Shown piece after piece: positions 11,030 through 24,389 of a stretch of 64,000 bases of DNA. The translations under genes and the position numbers were made by a program. Where the stretch lies: NCBI RefSeq assembly GCF_964355755.1, contig NC_092679.1, forward strand, positions 20,257,432 to 20,321,431. Direction: 5' to 3'. How positions within the stretch are numbered: the first letter of the stretch is position 1; every line of letters starts with the position of its first letter. The DNA is from Antedon mediterranea (taxonomy: Eukaryota; Animalia; Echinodermata). The notes below the pieces were generated by a model that was not told where the DNA came from, ran no database searches, and saw only the letters and a program-made list of their open reading frames with translations.

Positions 11030-12868
11030 TCATCTTTTAATATCTCTAAACGTGAGATTTATTCTTGGTAGCTTGATGGATTGATTTTTAGGCAGTGAAT
11101 GGTACCAGTACTCATTAGTGGGATAATTCATCATTAATAATGTACCGTGTTTAAGATCAACAGTTACTGGCTCAATGATTCTTTTGGGACTCTTACCTCG
11201 CGCATCACCATGTCGAAATCTAAACATACGTGTCTGCCCCAATGATACAGAGGCGATTGGACTAAACTGATTCATGTCTTTCTCATCATCTTTGTGTTCG
11301 CCAATGTAATCACTTCCAGTAGCATATCTATAGAGTAACGACAAAATACAATAGAAAATAAAATATTTTAAGATGAGACTAAAAAAACCCAATTATCCAT
11401 TAAAACAATCTTATCTAGCAAATTGCAGAAATCATCCAGTATGAATACTGATAGTGTTCATTCGTTTTAGAGGTAAACGATGGACCCTTTTAATCAATAA
11501 ATAAAATAAATAAATAAAATAATAAACAAGAATATTTACCGGTTGACCAAAACAAAATTGAAGTAATGTCCTGTAACCGATTTTAAAAGGTCGCGGAGAT
11601 CTTTCAGGAATGGTGGCCACGGTAAAGCTGGTACTGTATTGCCTGAATATTTGTAAGTTAAGCCCGAATCGCCAAACGAAACCTGCAGAGAGGAAACCAT
11701 ACAAAGAAAGTCATTTATTATTTGGTGAGATGTAAATGAACACGCCTAAATAAAATAATTTACAGTAAAAGAGTAAATTACACCTATAGCTACACAGCGG
11801 TAAATAAAGAAAAACAAAGGAAACGATATACAAGTAATTAACAAGTCATTAATACAAAACCACGGATAAAAACATAATGGAACTAACCTGTTTTCTAGAA
11901 ATATTAAACCACTTTCCGTACACTTTCACCTTTGCAAGATCACCGGTAAAATAGTCAATCTCTTCCTCACATCTTTTAAACAATGTATCGGCTGCTCCTT
12001 TATCAAGAAGTTGAAGGTAATCACAGTCTAAATTTTCCCCTATTATCTTTTGCACCGATAACTTATCAGGAGGTAGCAATTGATGTTCTGAATTGAATAA
12101 ACGTCCTCCATTACCGTTTTTGTCAACACCCGCTTCAACAGTAGCCGCATTATCATTACCAACCTCCTCAATCATCTTTTGTATTTCACCGTGTTTTTCA
12201 ATTATCTTGAACCACTGACTCTTTGGAAGGTTTACACCTTTTTTACCGGGTTTAAACTTGCCTCCTTCTTCTGACTGGTAATAGCGGCGAATACACACAA
12301 ATTGTTCTTCTTTCCAGTTACTAACTACCACATGAATTATGTCCGAAAGTGGGATTCTTACTGCCTCCACCATGTTAATGTCTCTTTGTAAGTCTTCCAG
12401 TGCCTGAATAATTAAATCAATATTGTTGAAAAGTTTTTGCCACAGCAGAACGGGTAAATTAATACCTAGAGGTCCAGGTTTGAAGGCACCATATTCTTCC
12501 GTTTGGTAATACTCTCTGAGACAAACATAAACATCGTCACCCCATCGTTGGGCCACTACATGGCGTTTTTCAGACAAGAAAATCCGATTCTTTGAAGTTA
12601 TGGAAATCTTTGGTACACCATCGGTCATTACGGCAAAATCTCGGGTGCTCATTCCTGAGGCTTTACTCAAACCTTTACACTCATCTGTTTGACCGTTAAA
12701 AGATTTTATAGAATCCATTATATTCGCTGATGTAGAAGCCATCGTTGGTAATTTTAAACTGCTACACTCGTCAGCTTGACCATTAGAACTCCCCATAAAT
12801 CTTTTCATAGTCCTACGGGCTTTCTCACCAATTGCTAATTTCGGAGTAGGTAAACAGTTGAAACTCAT
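11030..12868 (-). CDS. Second copy of the PC4-PC4-ALKBH2-like fusion; exons 12868-11888, 11682-11540, 11327-11030
   Basis: Mirror of 1516-3354. It differs by a V/F and an A/T substitution in the N-terminal region and by a synonymous change. Confidence 0.9.
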
Positions 12869-13027
12869 GTTTATAGACTGTAGAGAGTTACAGAGAGTAA
12901 AACGAACGATTACGCTTGAGTCAGGATATATATGCAGCTCAGTAGGGAAGTAGCCCAGTACAGTAATTAAAAAGATAATGATTGTTATTTCCGGTCAATC
13001 GTTTCCGTGACACGTGCGAAACACAAT

Positions 13028-13582
13028 TTAAATATCCTCGCACAACAGCTTAAAAATAGTCTCTGAATTAATCAAGGTATTGACAAGAAAATAAACGAAA
13101 TGTCTATACCGAGGCAATGAATATTCCCCGTGCATATTTAGTTCGTTGTAAACGGTATCGACTGAAACATACTTCTTATCCAGAACCTCCCGATAAAAAT
13201 AGTCAATCTGTTCTTCTAGAGACTTCATACAACAGAAATCATGATCTTTTTGACTGCTCCTGTCAAATTCACAACCATAACATGCCGCTTTACTTAAAAC
13301 CCAACACTTGGCTAACACTTGAGCAGCAAACAATTGTTTAACCAAACGCTCCATTTTCAACAAAAATTCTCTCTCCACCTCGTCCACGTACGTGAATATA
13401 CAACTTGTAGGCCTGTTATTCCTCTCGACTCCTTCATCTATACCGACGGGGATAACCTCTTCGGCCTCCGTGTAACGATCATCTATATCACTGCCTGGAA
13501 CAACAACAGTCTCCTCGTCATCGCTAATTATTATAACAGTATCTTCACAACTCCCTTGCGAAAAATATATACTTCCAGACAT
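13028..13582 (-). CDS. Second copy of the 184-aa Cys/His protein
   Basis: Identical translation to 802-1356. Confidence 0.7.
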   Translation of the reverse strand: MSGSIYFSQGSCEDTVIIISDDEETVVVPGSDIDDRYTEAEEVIPVGIDEGVERNNRPTSCIFTYVDEVEREFLLKMERLVKQLFAAQVLAKCWVLSKAACYGCEFDRSSQKDHDFCCMKSLEEQIDYFYREVLDKKYVSVDTVYNELNMHGEYSLPRYRHFVYFLVNTLINSETIFKLLCEDI

Positions 13583-14095
13583 AATGAAATACTGTAAAGA
13601 GATACTCTACGCAAAAATAGACAAAACAACTGGAGAATAGTACAACAATAACCGCTTCACTTTGTTTCACCGTCTTAAATCATAAATAAAGTAATGACGT
13701 CACTCACCACGTACCAGAACCTCGCGCCGAAAAAATAATAAATAAGAGACAAAGAAACACCTGGCGGAAATTACATAACTAGTACGAAACCAGGAAAAGA
13801 ACGACCTTCATTAGAAACACCTGGCGGAAATTACATAACTATTACAATAACAGGAAAAGAACGACCTTCATTAGAAACACCTGGCGGAAGTTACATAACT
13901 ATTACAATAACAGGAAATGAACGACCTTCATTAGAAACACCTGGCGGAAATTACGTAATCAGGAAATACACCAAGGTCATTTTCTGTCTGAAGTACCTCT
14001 TTTTCTACTAATTAATGTTATGGAAATTGTATAATTCTTATTTTATCAATGAATGATACTTAATACTAATTACATTTGTCGTATTTTTTCCACAG

Positions 14096-14114
14096 CTGCT
14101 GCCAACGAGTCAAG
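14096..14114 (+). CDS. 19-nt micro-exon of the host kinase-DED paralog
   Basis: ttttccacag|ctgctgccaacgagtcaag|gtaaga matches the paralogous micro-exon ttcccacag|ctgct...aag|gtaaga at 29496-29517. Its phases (1 in, 2 out) fit the exons at 1-231 and 23082. Confidence 0.65.
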
Positions 14115-14209
14115 GTAAGAAAACGAACTTAACTAGAGATACTACGTTCAATAAGAATTTTTCATGAGGATCATAAACGTTATATTTACGTTACTCTTTA
14201 CTTTAACAT

Positions 14210-15985
14210 AGGAAAACGCATAGGATCGGGGTTTGGAATGCACAATCTATCTCAATAAAACAACTCCTTTTTTGTTGACCACGTTATTTTTGTCCCAGAA
14301 ACATGGCTTTGTGAGAATGATACAGCTCGAATCTCTGCTTGTAAACCAGATCGTTTTACATTTTTATTCATTTCCTCATCTGGGTAAAAGAGGTGGTGGT
14401 ATCGGAGTTTTATCATGTAAAAGTAATTTCAGTACCTTTGACCCGGTCACTGATGATTTACTTAATGTCATTAGGTCAGCCTCCATTACCTCTTGCTCCC
14501 TGGATCCGCTTCCTCTTAAATTATTTAAGACTTGTCTTCCTACCCTTCTTCCCTTCTTTACCAAAGTTGTCAACACCTCACTGAGCTTAGGTATCTTTTC
14601 ATCTTCACTCAAACATGCCTGCATAACACCATTGTTAAAGAAGCCATCTCTGGATACTGAAGAATTTGCAAGTTACAGACCCATTTCCAATCTTCCATTT
14701 CTTGGAAAAATTATTGAAAGGGTTTTTTCCAGTCAGCTGCAATCATATTTGAATAGCAATGGCTTATTTGCCACTAGACAATCCGCCTATCGGCCAAACC
14801 ATAGTGTAGAATCTGCTCTTCTTCTTGTGCATAATGATATTAGCATTGCACTTGATAACCATAATGAGGTTCTTATGGTCCTTTTGGACTTCAGTACTGC
14901 TTTTGACACCATCAACCATAAGCAGTTATTAAATCGTCTATCATCACGTTACGGTATCTCTGAAATCTGTCATAATTGGTTTGCATCATATCTAAATGAT
15001 AGGTCCCAGTCAATTGTCATCAAGGATGTTTTGTCGAACCCGACTCTGCTTACAGTAGGTGTTCCACAAGGGTCTGTGATTGGTCCTCTTCTGTTTATTT
15101 TATTTACCGCCCCACTACTTGACCTCATTGAATCTCACAATGTGAAGTGTATGGCGTATGCTGATGACACTCAGCTTTATGTCATTTTCAACCCTAATCA
15201 GCGTGATTCTGCTGTCAGTAAAATTTGAATCCTGTATTTCCGAAGTTCGAGCATGGTGTCTATCTAACAACCTAGTTATGAATGATGCTAAAACAGAACT
15301 TATTCATTTTTCTTCTCGTTTTAAGCCTGCCTGTTGGACTGCATCTGTTAAGAGTGGTAATTCTTTCATTCAACCTTCGTCATCCTGTAGAAACTTTGGA
15401 GTTGTCACGCTATTCGTAAAATTGGAAGCATTCGGAAGTACCTGGATTCAAGATCAACTGAGATGCTTGTTTTCGCATTTGTTACATCAAGGCTAGACTG
15501 TTGTAACTCATTACTTTATAGCTTACCAGCTAATGATATCTCTAAAATTCAGCGAGTTCAGAACACAGCTGCCCGATTGATCGTTCAAAGCCCCACAAGG
15601 CAACATATCACACCTGTGCTGAGACAACTTCATTGGCTTCCAGTAACACAAAGAATTACCTTCAAGATCCTGCTTTTTGTTTTCAAAGCTCTTCATAATT
15701 CTTCATCTAAGTTCATTTCTGGACTTATTCAATCTTATGTTCCTAAGCGGTCTCTGAGATCAGGATCAGAGTCTCTTCTTGCCCATTTTGTTCATCCGTC
15801 CACTAAGTTATTTCTCTTTGGAATGCGTTGCCTATTGACATCTGTCAGGCAACTTCCACCAGTGTCTTCAAATCTCTCCTCAAATCCCACCTTTTGAATT
15901 TTTAATTTTCTAAACGTTCCTGTCAATGTAAAGCGCATTGAGGCTTTCAGCATAATGCGCTATATCAGGTACCAGTTATTATTAA
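14210..15985 (+). mobile_element. Degenerate L2/CR1-group non-LTR retrotransposon: internally deleted ORF2 with RT and 3' tail
   Basis: RT motifs YRPISNL, QSAYR, LLDFSTAFDT, GVPQGSVIGP, YADD; C-terminal SRLDCCNSLL and HWLPV; frameshifted; 3' stem-loop aaagcgcattg...aatgcgct followed by a tta-rich tail. Confidence 0.85.
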
Positions 15986-15999
15986 TATTATTTTAAGGC

Positions 16000-18570
16000 T
16001 TGCGAGTCAAAGATTAGTATTCCATCCATCCATAAAAACATCGTAATCGTTATTGTTTATAGACCCCCTCCCGCCTCGACAGCTCAATTCACTGCATATT
16101 TTTCAAAACTTGTTGAAGAACAATACTCTTTATATGCTAATCTCATTATCACCGGCGACTTTAATATCCACGTTGATAAGACTGATGATTCTCATACCAA
16201 ACGCTTTATGGACATATTGGATTCTACCAATTTCGTGCAATTGGTCAAACTACGCCCACACAAAAGCATGGACATACACTTGACCTTTTAATTACCAATA
16301 ACCCCAATTTAATTGTACATTCACACATACATCAATATAATGTCTGGTCACTATTTTCTCCACGCCTTACTTAATGTCTCTAAACCATCAATGCAATAAC
16401 ACAAAAGAAAATTAGGCCTACATTCCGTTGTTTTAAGAATATCAACACCATTGATTTAAAATCGAAATTGTCTGATGGCTTTAGCGATTTCCTTGCTGAA
16501 TCTTGTGATGTTAGTTCAAACTCTCTGCTGTATCTTTTTACAATCAATTTTTATTCTCCTTTTTTTTATCTTTCGTGGGAATCACCCATCTTTATTGTAA
16601 TTTCTTCTCATTTTCAATGTATAATACTATAAATAATTCTGTCATTCTTAAAACGATATAGATAAATATTTGGCATAAAGGTAAATAGACTCTATACAGA
16701 TGAAGCTATAATAGAACCATTGATGAAATATTTAGTGATACATTATACATATTGTATATTTAAAATTGTACTGTGCAGGTAGATTAAAATATTGCATATA
16801 TTAAAACAGTGGATAAAATAAAATCAAGGTAAATTCTCTAAAATGCTAGTTTTTATATTTTTCCATTTTTTGTCTTCTTTAATAAATCGCATCCGTATTC
16901 ATTTGTAATTAAGGACTTCAATTCAACAAATTCCATATCACTTCATGTTTTTTCTAATTTTTCCAAAATGCATGATTTGTGAATGCAAAATGTGAATAAT
17001 GAAATAAGTTCATTTACAACTATGTTTCGTGTACCTGTTATTATTTTATACCAATTGATAGTACCTTCTTTTGGAAAACACTTAAATACGAGGTCATTAA
17101 ATGTAAACCATACATTTTGAATTGCTGTACATTCAACTAGCATATGTAATTCACATTCAATTTCTTTTTTTACACCTGTCTACTATTTTCCAATCTTTAA
17201 GCCTTTTTTTACAAGGTAACATGTTGTGTAGTAATTTAAAATTAAATTGTGCAATTCTATTATGTGCTTAAAGTTGTGTATTTTATTTGTCCATACTTCA
17301 TACCAATCTAGTTCAGCATTATTAAAGACTACTTCCAATTTTGCCTCTGCAATGAAATTGGGATTTACAAAATGCCTATAATAAAATTGACATTTGTTCT
17401 CTTTTCGGAACAATTGTGTTCACTTGTTCGTCATCGTATTGGTCTCTCGCTATAGATTCTTTCCATTCAATGATGTATGGCATTAATAAGCACCATGTAT
17501 TCTATTAGACCATTTTTTCTTTTGGATAGAGTTGGTATTAATACATCAGGTGCTATTATTCTGTTATTTACTATAATATCATTAATTACTTTATATCCAG
17601 AATGTAACCATGTTTCAAAATATATTGATTTTCCATTAGTTGTAATATACCTATTTTCCCGCAATTGTTGTTTTTTAATTTCTGCTACATTTATTGGATG
17701 TCGACCTAACATATTTTAACGTTTCTACATAGAAGTCTGATAAAGAATTTTTATTCTCGCTTCGAGACGAGTTGGCTCCCGAGAAATCAAAGATCATTAA
17801 CATCAGGTGAAGATCTCAGTGGTTCTCTGATGATTGTAGAATTTCCAAGAGAAAGTGTCGCATTCTTGAACGCAAATGGGTAAAGAATCCATCATCTGAA
17901 AATCTATTAGCTTTAAAGAAACAATGCACAGCATACCACATAAACTACTGCACGGTACAAGAACAACTTACATGCAGTCCAAAATTGATGGCTGTGGTTC
18001 TGACCAACGTCGATTTTTTCACATTATGAACAAACTTCTTGGTAAAGGAAAAGATGGTTCATTTCCAACTGCTGTGTCTGACTTGCAACTTGCCAATGAC
18101 TTTAACATCTTCTTTCGTGACAAGGTTGTTAATCTCAGGAAGTCATTTGGTGATATACCATGCCCACATCAAATTCCTCAGCAGCTGGATTCAGAACGTT
18201 CATCAAACTCACCCACACTTTGCAACTTCACCGTAGTCACTGACGATGTAATTCACAAGCTAATAATGAACATCAAAGCTCTTGATCCATTTCCAACACA
18301 GTATTTCCAGTATTTAGAATTATTATTAATTTATCTTTATCAACTGGTACTTTTCTTGGGTCTTGTTACACTTATTTTAAAGAAGCCTTCATTGGATCAT
18401 ACTTCCATAGCAAATTTTCGACCTATTTCTAATGTTGCTTTCTTGTCCAAGATCCTTGAGAAATGCGTTTCCTTAGATCTCATCCATTTTCTTGACGGCA
18501 ATGTTCGACCCTCTTCAATCAGCATATAGAAAGCACCACAGGAGAGAGTCAGCCATTCTTAAGGTGCAAA
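16000..18570 (+). mobile_element. Second degenerate L2/CR1-group LINE fragment (APE, linker, start of RT), interrupted by a Tx1/L1-like fragment
   Basis: APE-like IVIVYRP and IITGDFNIHVD at ~16040-16175; linker/RT text NDFNIFFRDKV and NFRPISNVAFLSKILEK at 17924-18529. Confidence 0.7.
16560..17720 (-). mobile_element. 3' fragment of an L1/Tx1-like retrotransposon
   Basis: Broken ORFs (ENRYITTNGKSIYFETWLHSG; LDWYEVW) resemble the C-terminus of the Tx1 ORF2 copies elsewhere in the window. Confidence 0.65.
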
Positions 18571-19692
18571 TCCACCTCTATCGACCTGAAATGCGGTGTT
18601 GTTCAAGGATCAATACTGCTTGCTTGCAAATCGTTTGCTTTGTTGGCTTTAGTTCTTCTAAGCGATTTGTTTACTTACATGGGTAAACGATTGGGCATTG
18701 GTGCAATGTAGGTAAAAAAGCTGTAAGTTGTTATTTTAATAATTGGAATACCTGCTGCTGATTTGAGGTTGTTATTTATCAGATTAGCAGCATCTATATA
18801 GTCGTTTCCGTCAATATCCATGTTTATTTTTATTTTAACACAACTGGGTTTTCCGGCACCTATTAATTTTTAAATTTCTTTGTGCCATTGTGCTAGATCA
18901 CTTGTTTGTGTTTCTTAATACGCGTATGGTAACAATCTTTTTTGCAAGCGATACCTCTGTGATACTTTTTGTTTCATGCTTTCTTGGTTTTTGAGACCGA
19001 AATGCTCTTTGTATTTTCTTAATTTTTTGTGTTATCGTATAACAAGACAGTTAAAGTCACCAAGTATGAGGACTGCCGCGTCGGGATGCTGTGATATAAT
19101 TTTATCAAATGTATAAGATGTGGTCAACAAGTAAATGTCCCACCTGGTCATCGGGGGGCAAATACAATATAGCAAAAAACATACATACACGTATGGGTCT
19201 ACATTTAATCCGAAGTATTTCGACGATTAAATATATCATTGATTATTTTAATTTTCTTAAAAGAACGTCTTCCCGCACTTCATATACAACAGTTCTGACG
19301 TTCTGAACCTCCATACACAGACCGTTTACACGTTTACACTAACACAAAGACATTTAAAAAACTTATTTTAAGAACGATTAGGCGTCAGCTTTATCAGCGC
19401 ATACTACACATACTACCGTATGAGTAACTGATACCACTAGTACTGTAGTGGTGAGATGATACTAATGATATTAATCACAATATCACTACTAGAATTCTTT
19501 ATACAGATTTATCAGATCACTATCCTATATTTTCAATCACAAAATCTGAGAATCGTAAAAAATAATACAAACATTCATTTATTTTAAAACGTACGTACCT
19601 GTCCGGATTTTTTCCTATTAGGTTAAGGCAGAAACTATAGAGAATCTGAATCCATACATTGATATTCATTATGTGACGAAAACCCTGGAAAT

Positions 19693-19880
19693 AGCATCAC
19701 TATAAAATGGCGACCATTTTTGACGCCATCTTGGATTTCAAGGTGACCGCAGTAAATTTGCAACGGCACATCTCGTGATTATTGTGTTTAAGGGTATTAG
19801 CTAACAAAAAAATTTGTGCGCTGAGTGTGTAGAAACATGGCAATGAGAGCTCTCTAAACAAGCTATTGTACCTCCGCTTA
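19693..19880 (+). repeat. Isolated copy of the transposon end seen at 53762-53950
   Basis: gcatcactataaaatggcg...cctccgctta is highly similar in both places, and similarity stops at the same base. Confidence 0.75.
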
Positions 19881-22800
19881 GTAATCGAAAATGATCTCTC
19901 ATCATGCAAAAACACTCAACCAACCATGTAGCCGCGCCCTACGTACGTATAGTATTACAAATTGAGTGTAAATGAAATTGATTAAAAATTTGACACTGTT
20001 TTCTAACCCTTCTGAAAAATTTACATACACTAGAGGTGAGCTCGCTTCGCTCGCTCCCCCTCTAGGAAGTGTAGACGATGGTTCTCGGAATGATAATGTT
20101 CTTCTTTTACGTTTTCTGTCGGTTACCATTATTGAAAATGCTTGACATTCGTAAAACTAAACTATTCTGTTTCACAGTGTCTTAGATGATTAATAACATT
20201 TTAAAGTATAGTCTTTATTATTTGGTAGGGCCCTTATAGGGCGGAGGTGGGGAGGCGGAGTTCATTTGACTCGAGGGAGGGGCTTATTCGAGGGATATAT
20301 GTTACATTTTTTAGTTTTAATAATATGGTAACATTTATAATCAAATGAAATCCTCTATCTAATAGATATGAAAAGTGGTAAAAAAGAATAACAAATGCTT
20401 GGTAAATTGTAGATAACAGTGCGATGAATTCTACTACAAACAGTATAATTGTGTTATTATAAATGTGGATGGACGTTTATTAGATAGTTGGGTTGGCGGG
20501 GGGGGGGGGGGCATGACAGAGTGGGCCATTTCGGCCCAAGAAAGAAGACATTACAGCTTGCAACATGGGCAGACATCTCGGTCCTAACAGGATACAGATA
20601 GCCTACATTCCTGCCAGCTTACTTAATAAAACTCAGCTATAGGGATTTCACTCGATTAATGTCTTATCATCAAATCTCACTATGTAATTTTATAATACTA
20701 TTCCCCACAATATATTCCGATTCTTTATGGCGTATATTTAATTTGATCTTTATTAATTTGCAGTATAATTTTTATTTTTTAACTACTGTACCTTTCACAC
20801 GCGCGGTCCGTTCCTAAAATAAACAAAAAACTAAAATGGCTATGACTAATGGCCAACTTAAGCTCCAGTCCTACTATAGTATCTGTTTTTTTCTTCCGTC
20901 TTCCAAAGGGACACTGTATTGATTGATGGAAAGTGCCTGTTTCCAGTCACCTTTAGGGTCAAATCTATTATTTTAACTGCTCCCTTGTGTATAAAAGAGA
21001 GAAAAAAGGTTGTGTTTATGAACATTTAAAGTATCTGGATATGCCAGAGGTCTCTCCTGACAAGGCTAAATCAAAATTCTCCCTACCGTTTACAGACTTC
21101 TAATTATCCGGCTACTCATGGCCTTATTTTCAGCCTGATTTGCGTGATTATCTCATAAAATACATTGTTTAATCCAGCAAGGTCGCCTTCAACTCCCCTG
21201 AGGACAAGCCAACCCTCCAAATTTGCCGGGCTGAGGTTGGTCCGGATAACCCAGGTGGTAGTACTCAAAAAAGCCATTAAGGGTCGTTAAGGCATGATTA
21301 ATGACCCCAAAAGATGACAAGTTATCCGGATACTTGCTGTTCGTAAACGGGCCCATAGTTGAAACCAAGTTGCTGGAAGGTGAACTTTTCATAAACCCGG
21401 AAATAACTTGACCGCCAAGAATTGAAATTGAGTAGAAAATCTACTGTTGAAATCATAAATGTTGTTAAAAAACTCTTTATAATATCTTGCTAAGATAGAA
21501 ATATGGAAAAATAGCGTCGAACTGCACATTAATGTTATCAAATCTACGTTTCGCGGTACATCTGAGATAGATATGGTAGGTATCCAAGGCGGAGATTTGT
21601 ACCGAAGTTTTTGCATTGTGCTCGCCTATGTCAGAATTAACCATAATTTATATATAGATGTTTCATGTTAGTCTAACATTGTACTTTCAGACATAACATA
21701 AATTATTCCATATTATGGAAACATCATCAACTGCTAATGCAAAAAAGTACAAATAGAAACGTTATGGTATATATGTTGCTTATAGGCCTATTTATGAAAT
21801 ATTTATTTTTTTTACATCCAACAATGTACATATTAATTGAATTAATTAAAACTCACACATAACCTTTAGAATCATCAAGAACCATTTTATTTATATTTAG
21901 GTGTGTGCAATCATGAATTATTCCTGTGTTTTTAATCATTTTTTTTTGTTTTTTTATCAATTTGTAATTAAAAGCTCAATTTCAGGCAATTTCGTTTTCC
22001 AATTCCCAGTGTTTATGTATGTAGCTGATATGATGCTTAGTTGATGTGATCCAAGATTCTATGTTAAAACACTTCGTATGCAGATATAGATTTTCTGTTC
22101 AAACCACCGCCTATTTTTAAAGTTAAACCAATATCATAAACAATCGCACCAATAAAATAAAAGATATACAGGCCTAGTAAGTATAGGCCTACACTAGCTA
22201 GGCTGTAAGAAGGCTTCTACTTTATTTAGTATTAAAATAAACTTTGTTGGTTCTAGGCCTACTTCTCATAGGGTAGTTAAAATAACTAACACCAAATAAA
22301 TAATTAATAAAGGGATGTGCTATATATTAAATTATTTTAAAATACCAGTAGGCGAACAAACAACTCAACAACAACATCGAGATAAAAAGAGTACAGAACT
22401 CCGATCTGCACTGCGAACGTGCATCAGTGACAGTGTTTTTTGCAAGTATGACGTCATGAGCTCACGCATGCATCATGAATATCAATAAAAACAGTAACAC
22501 TGCAAATAAAACTGTACTTACTTCACGCACGCAAAACTAATAAACAAACATTTCACCGTTCGCGTTAAAATCATGCCTTTTAACTGAAAGGTCGTCGTAA
22601 CTTAACCCACAAACGATCCTTGGGTCTGTCAATCGTTATGTAGGCTGACGTTGATCACCGCTGCATTAATAAATGAAATTTAAGCGAAAAGTTACTACAC
22701 TCATTCCTGACGTCATCTGGAATGACAAAACACCACGTGTCTCCCAGGAGACCAAAAAGCATAAAAATCGACCATTTTATCCCTTCCCGACCTCCGATAA

Positions 22801-23081
22801 CAATCTCACGAACAAGCTATAGATGGGAAGGTAGAGGCTAACTGGGTAATAATGATATATAACATAACGCCTTAATAATAGGTAAGGTAGAGTAAGTAAG
22901 GTAATAAGGTAGTTAGACATTTAATCGTTGACGTAAAATACGGATGAATCGGGTTACGGGGAACCTTGCCCTAGCCAAGCATTACTGGGCCTAGGTAACA
23001 AAAAATGTTGAGTTTACAGGCTAGTAATTACACAAAGTCCCCAATTAATTAAAACTTATTGATACACTTTTGTAAATTTAG

Positions 23082-23214
23082 AAATTCAACCACGCCTTTA
23101 CCTCAACCAAACTTGAATGCACAATCTGAACCAGACCGGAGACTAAACGTGGAGCGGAATCAACCGTCACTTGATAATGAAACGGAAACAATTAGCAGTA
23201 AAAAAGAGTATAGA
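23082..23214 (+). CDS. Putative linker exon of the first kinase-DED paralog; locally duplicated at ~23644-23770
   Basis: aaatttag|a acceptor and tat aga|gtaaag donor mirror the exon at 29880-30030. It reads NSTTPLPQP...SLDNETETISSKKEYR. Segment ~22927-23198 is repeated at ~23486-23760. Confidence 0.5.
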
Positions 23215-24020
23215 GTAAAGAGTACAAACACAGTATGTATAGTATGCACTTTTCATGCATGTAAGGCACAGAGAAGTCAAAATCAGTCATTCATAATCAT
23301 TAATTTATTTTTTTAATATTGTGTTTTATGTTTTTTTTTTCAGCTCTAAATTCAAACAATAAGTATCCTTGCCTTATATTTATTTTTTTTGTGCTTAGAC
23401 TCAATGCAGATGGTTAGCTGGCTACCTAGGCGCAATTTGTGTAGCAGTGATACTCGCCGTTTTAATTCAAAAATGTTCTGAATGGTTGAGGTAAAATACG
23501 GATGAATCGAATTACAGGAAAACTCGCTTCATCCAAGCATTACTGAGCCTAGGTAACAAAACCAATGTTGAGTTTAGGTGCTTACAGGCTAGTAATTACA
23601 CAAAGTCTCCAATTGATTAAAACTTATCGATACACCTTTGTAGAAATTCAACCACGCCTTTACCTCAACCAAACTTGAATACACAATCTGAACCAGACCG
23701 GAGACCAAAGGTGGAGCGGAATGAACCGTCACTTGATAATGAAACGGAAACAATTAGCAGGGAAAAGAGAACATAATTATGTATATTTGTACAATTGTTA
23801 TCAAATATCTCTCGAAAACAACACGACACAATTTTATTATAACTAAACTAAGAAAATCTGGTTTAAAGGAACAATAATCAAAGTTATAAAAACAATGTAA
23901 AGTAAACTAATAGGTCATGTAAAGATAGGTAACACAATTTAAATGTGAAATAAGAATGCAACAAGGGTCACCTTTATCTTAATTATTATTTAATATTTTT
24001 ATTAATGATTTATTGTTCAA

Positions 24021-24095
24021 ACTCGATTGGTCTAATGGTTAGGACATCTGCATATCAAGCAGAAGGTTCCGGGTTCGAGTCTCGGTTGGGGCGAC
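24021..24095 (+). pseudogene. tRNA-derived sequence (pseudo-tRNA or SINE head)
   Basis: A-box TGGTCTAATGG, stem TCTGC/GCAGA, B-box GGTTCGAGTC; poor acceptor stem; related sequence at ~55797-55850. Confidence 0.55.
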
Positions 24096-24277
24096 TTTTT
24101 CTCATTCTCACAGATTTCCTCATCTTTATCGTTTCAAATTAATTAATTAAATTTAAGTATATCACCGGGCGGTTTAAAATTAATGTTCTATGCCCGATGT
24201 GTTTATATATATATATTTTTTTTTTATTATGGTAGTTGTAAGTGTAAATAGGCTAACTGCACACTACAAAGTGGGTG

Positions 24278-24348
24278 AGAGTTTGGTGTAATGGTTATGT
24301 ATCCAGCCTCTCACAGTTGAGATCGCTGGTTCAATTCCCGCTGAGGTT
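24278..24348 (+). pseudogene. Second tRNA-like sequence (Glu-CTC-like, degenerate)
   Basis: TGGTGTAATGGTTA A-box, CTCTCAC loop, GGTTCAATTCCC B-box, followed by a T-run. Confidence 0.45.
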
Positions 24349-24389
24349 TTTTTTTTAAATTATTTTTTTAAATTTTTTTTTTTTTGGGG

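Larger units (their letters stand above)
375..14009. mobile_element. Palindromic non-autonomous Polinton/Maverick-like element (two ~6.8-kb inverted arms plus a 66-bp spacer)
   Basis: Starts AGTAGAAAAAGAGGT and ends ACCTCTTTTTCTACT, flanked by a 6-bp direct repeat AATTAA (369-374, 14010-14015). All ORFs are mirrored (coordinate sums 14384 or 14383). AG...CT ends with a 6-bp TSD are Polinton hallmarks. No integrase, pPolB or capsid ORF was found. Confidence 0.8.

Noticed and set aside
375-14009. Palindrome as an MDA or missed-adapter sequencing artefact
   Set aside because: It has an exact 6-bp TSD, the host intron and micro-exon continue on the far side, and the arms carry scattered substitutions. 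Read-level confirmation is still desirable.
18600-19260. Possible further minus-strand LINE remnant
   Set aside because: Only a few peptide-like words; too degraded to assign.
22440-22720. Two TGACGTCA sites suggesting a promoter
   Set aside because: No linked first exon identified, and the motif is common in repeats across this window.
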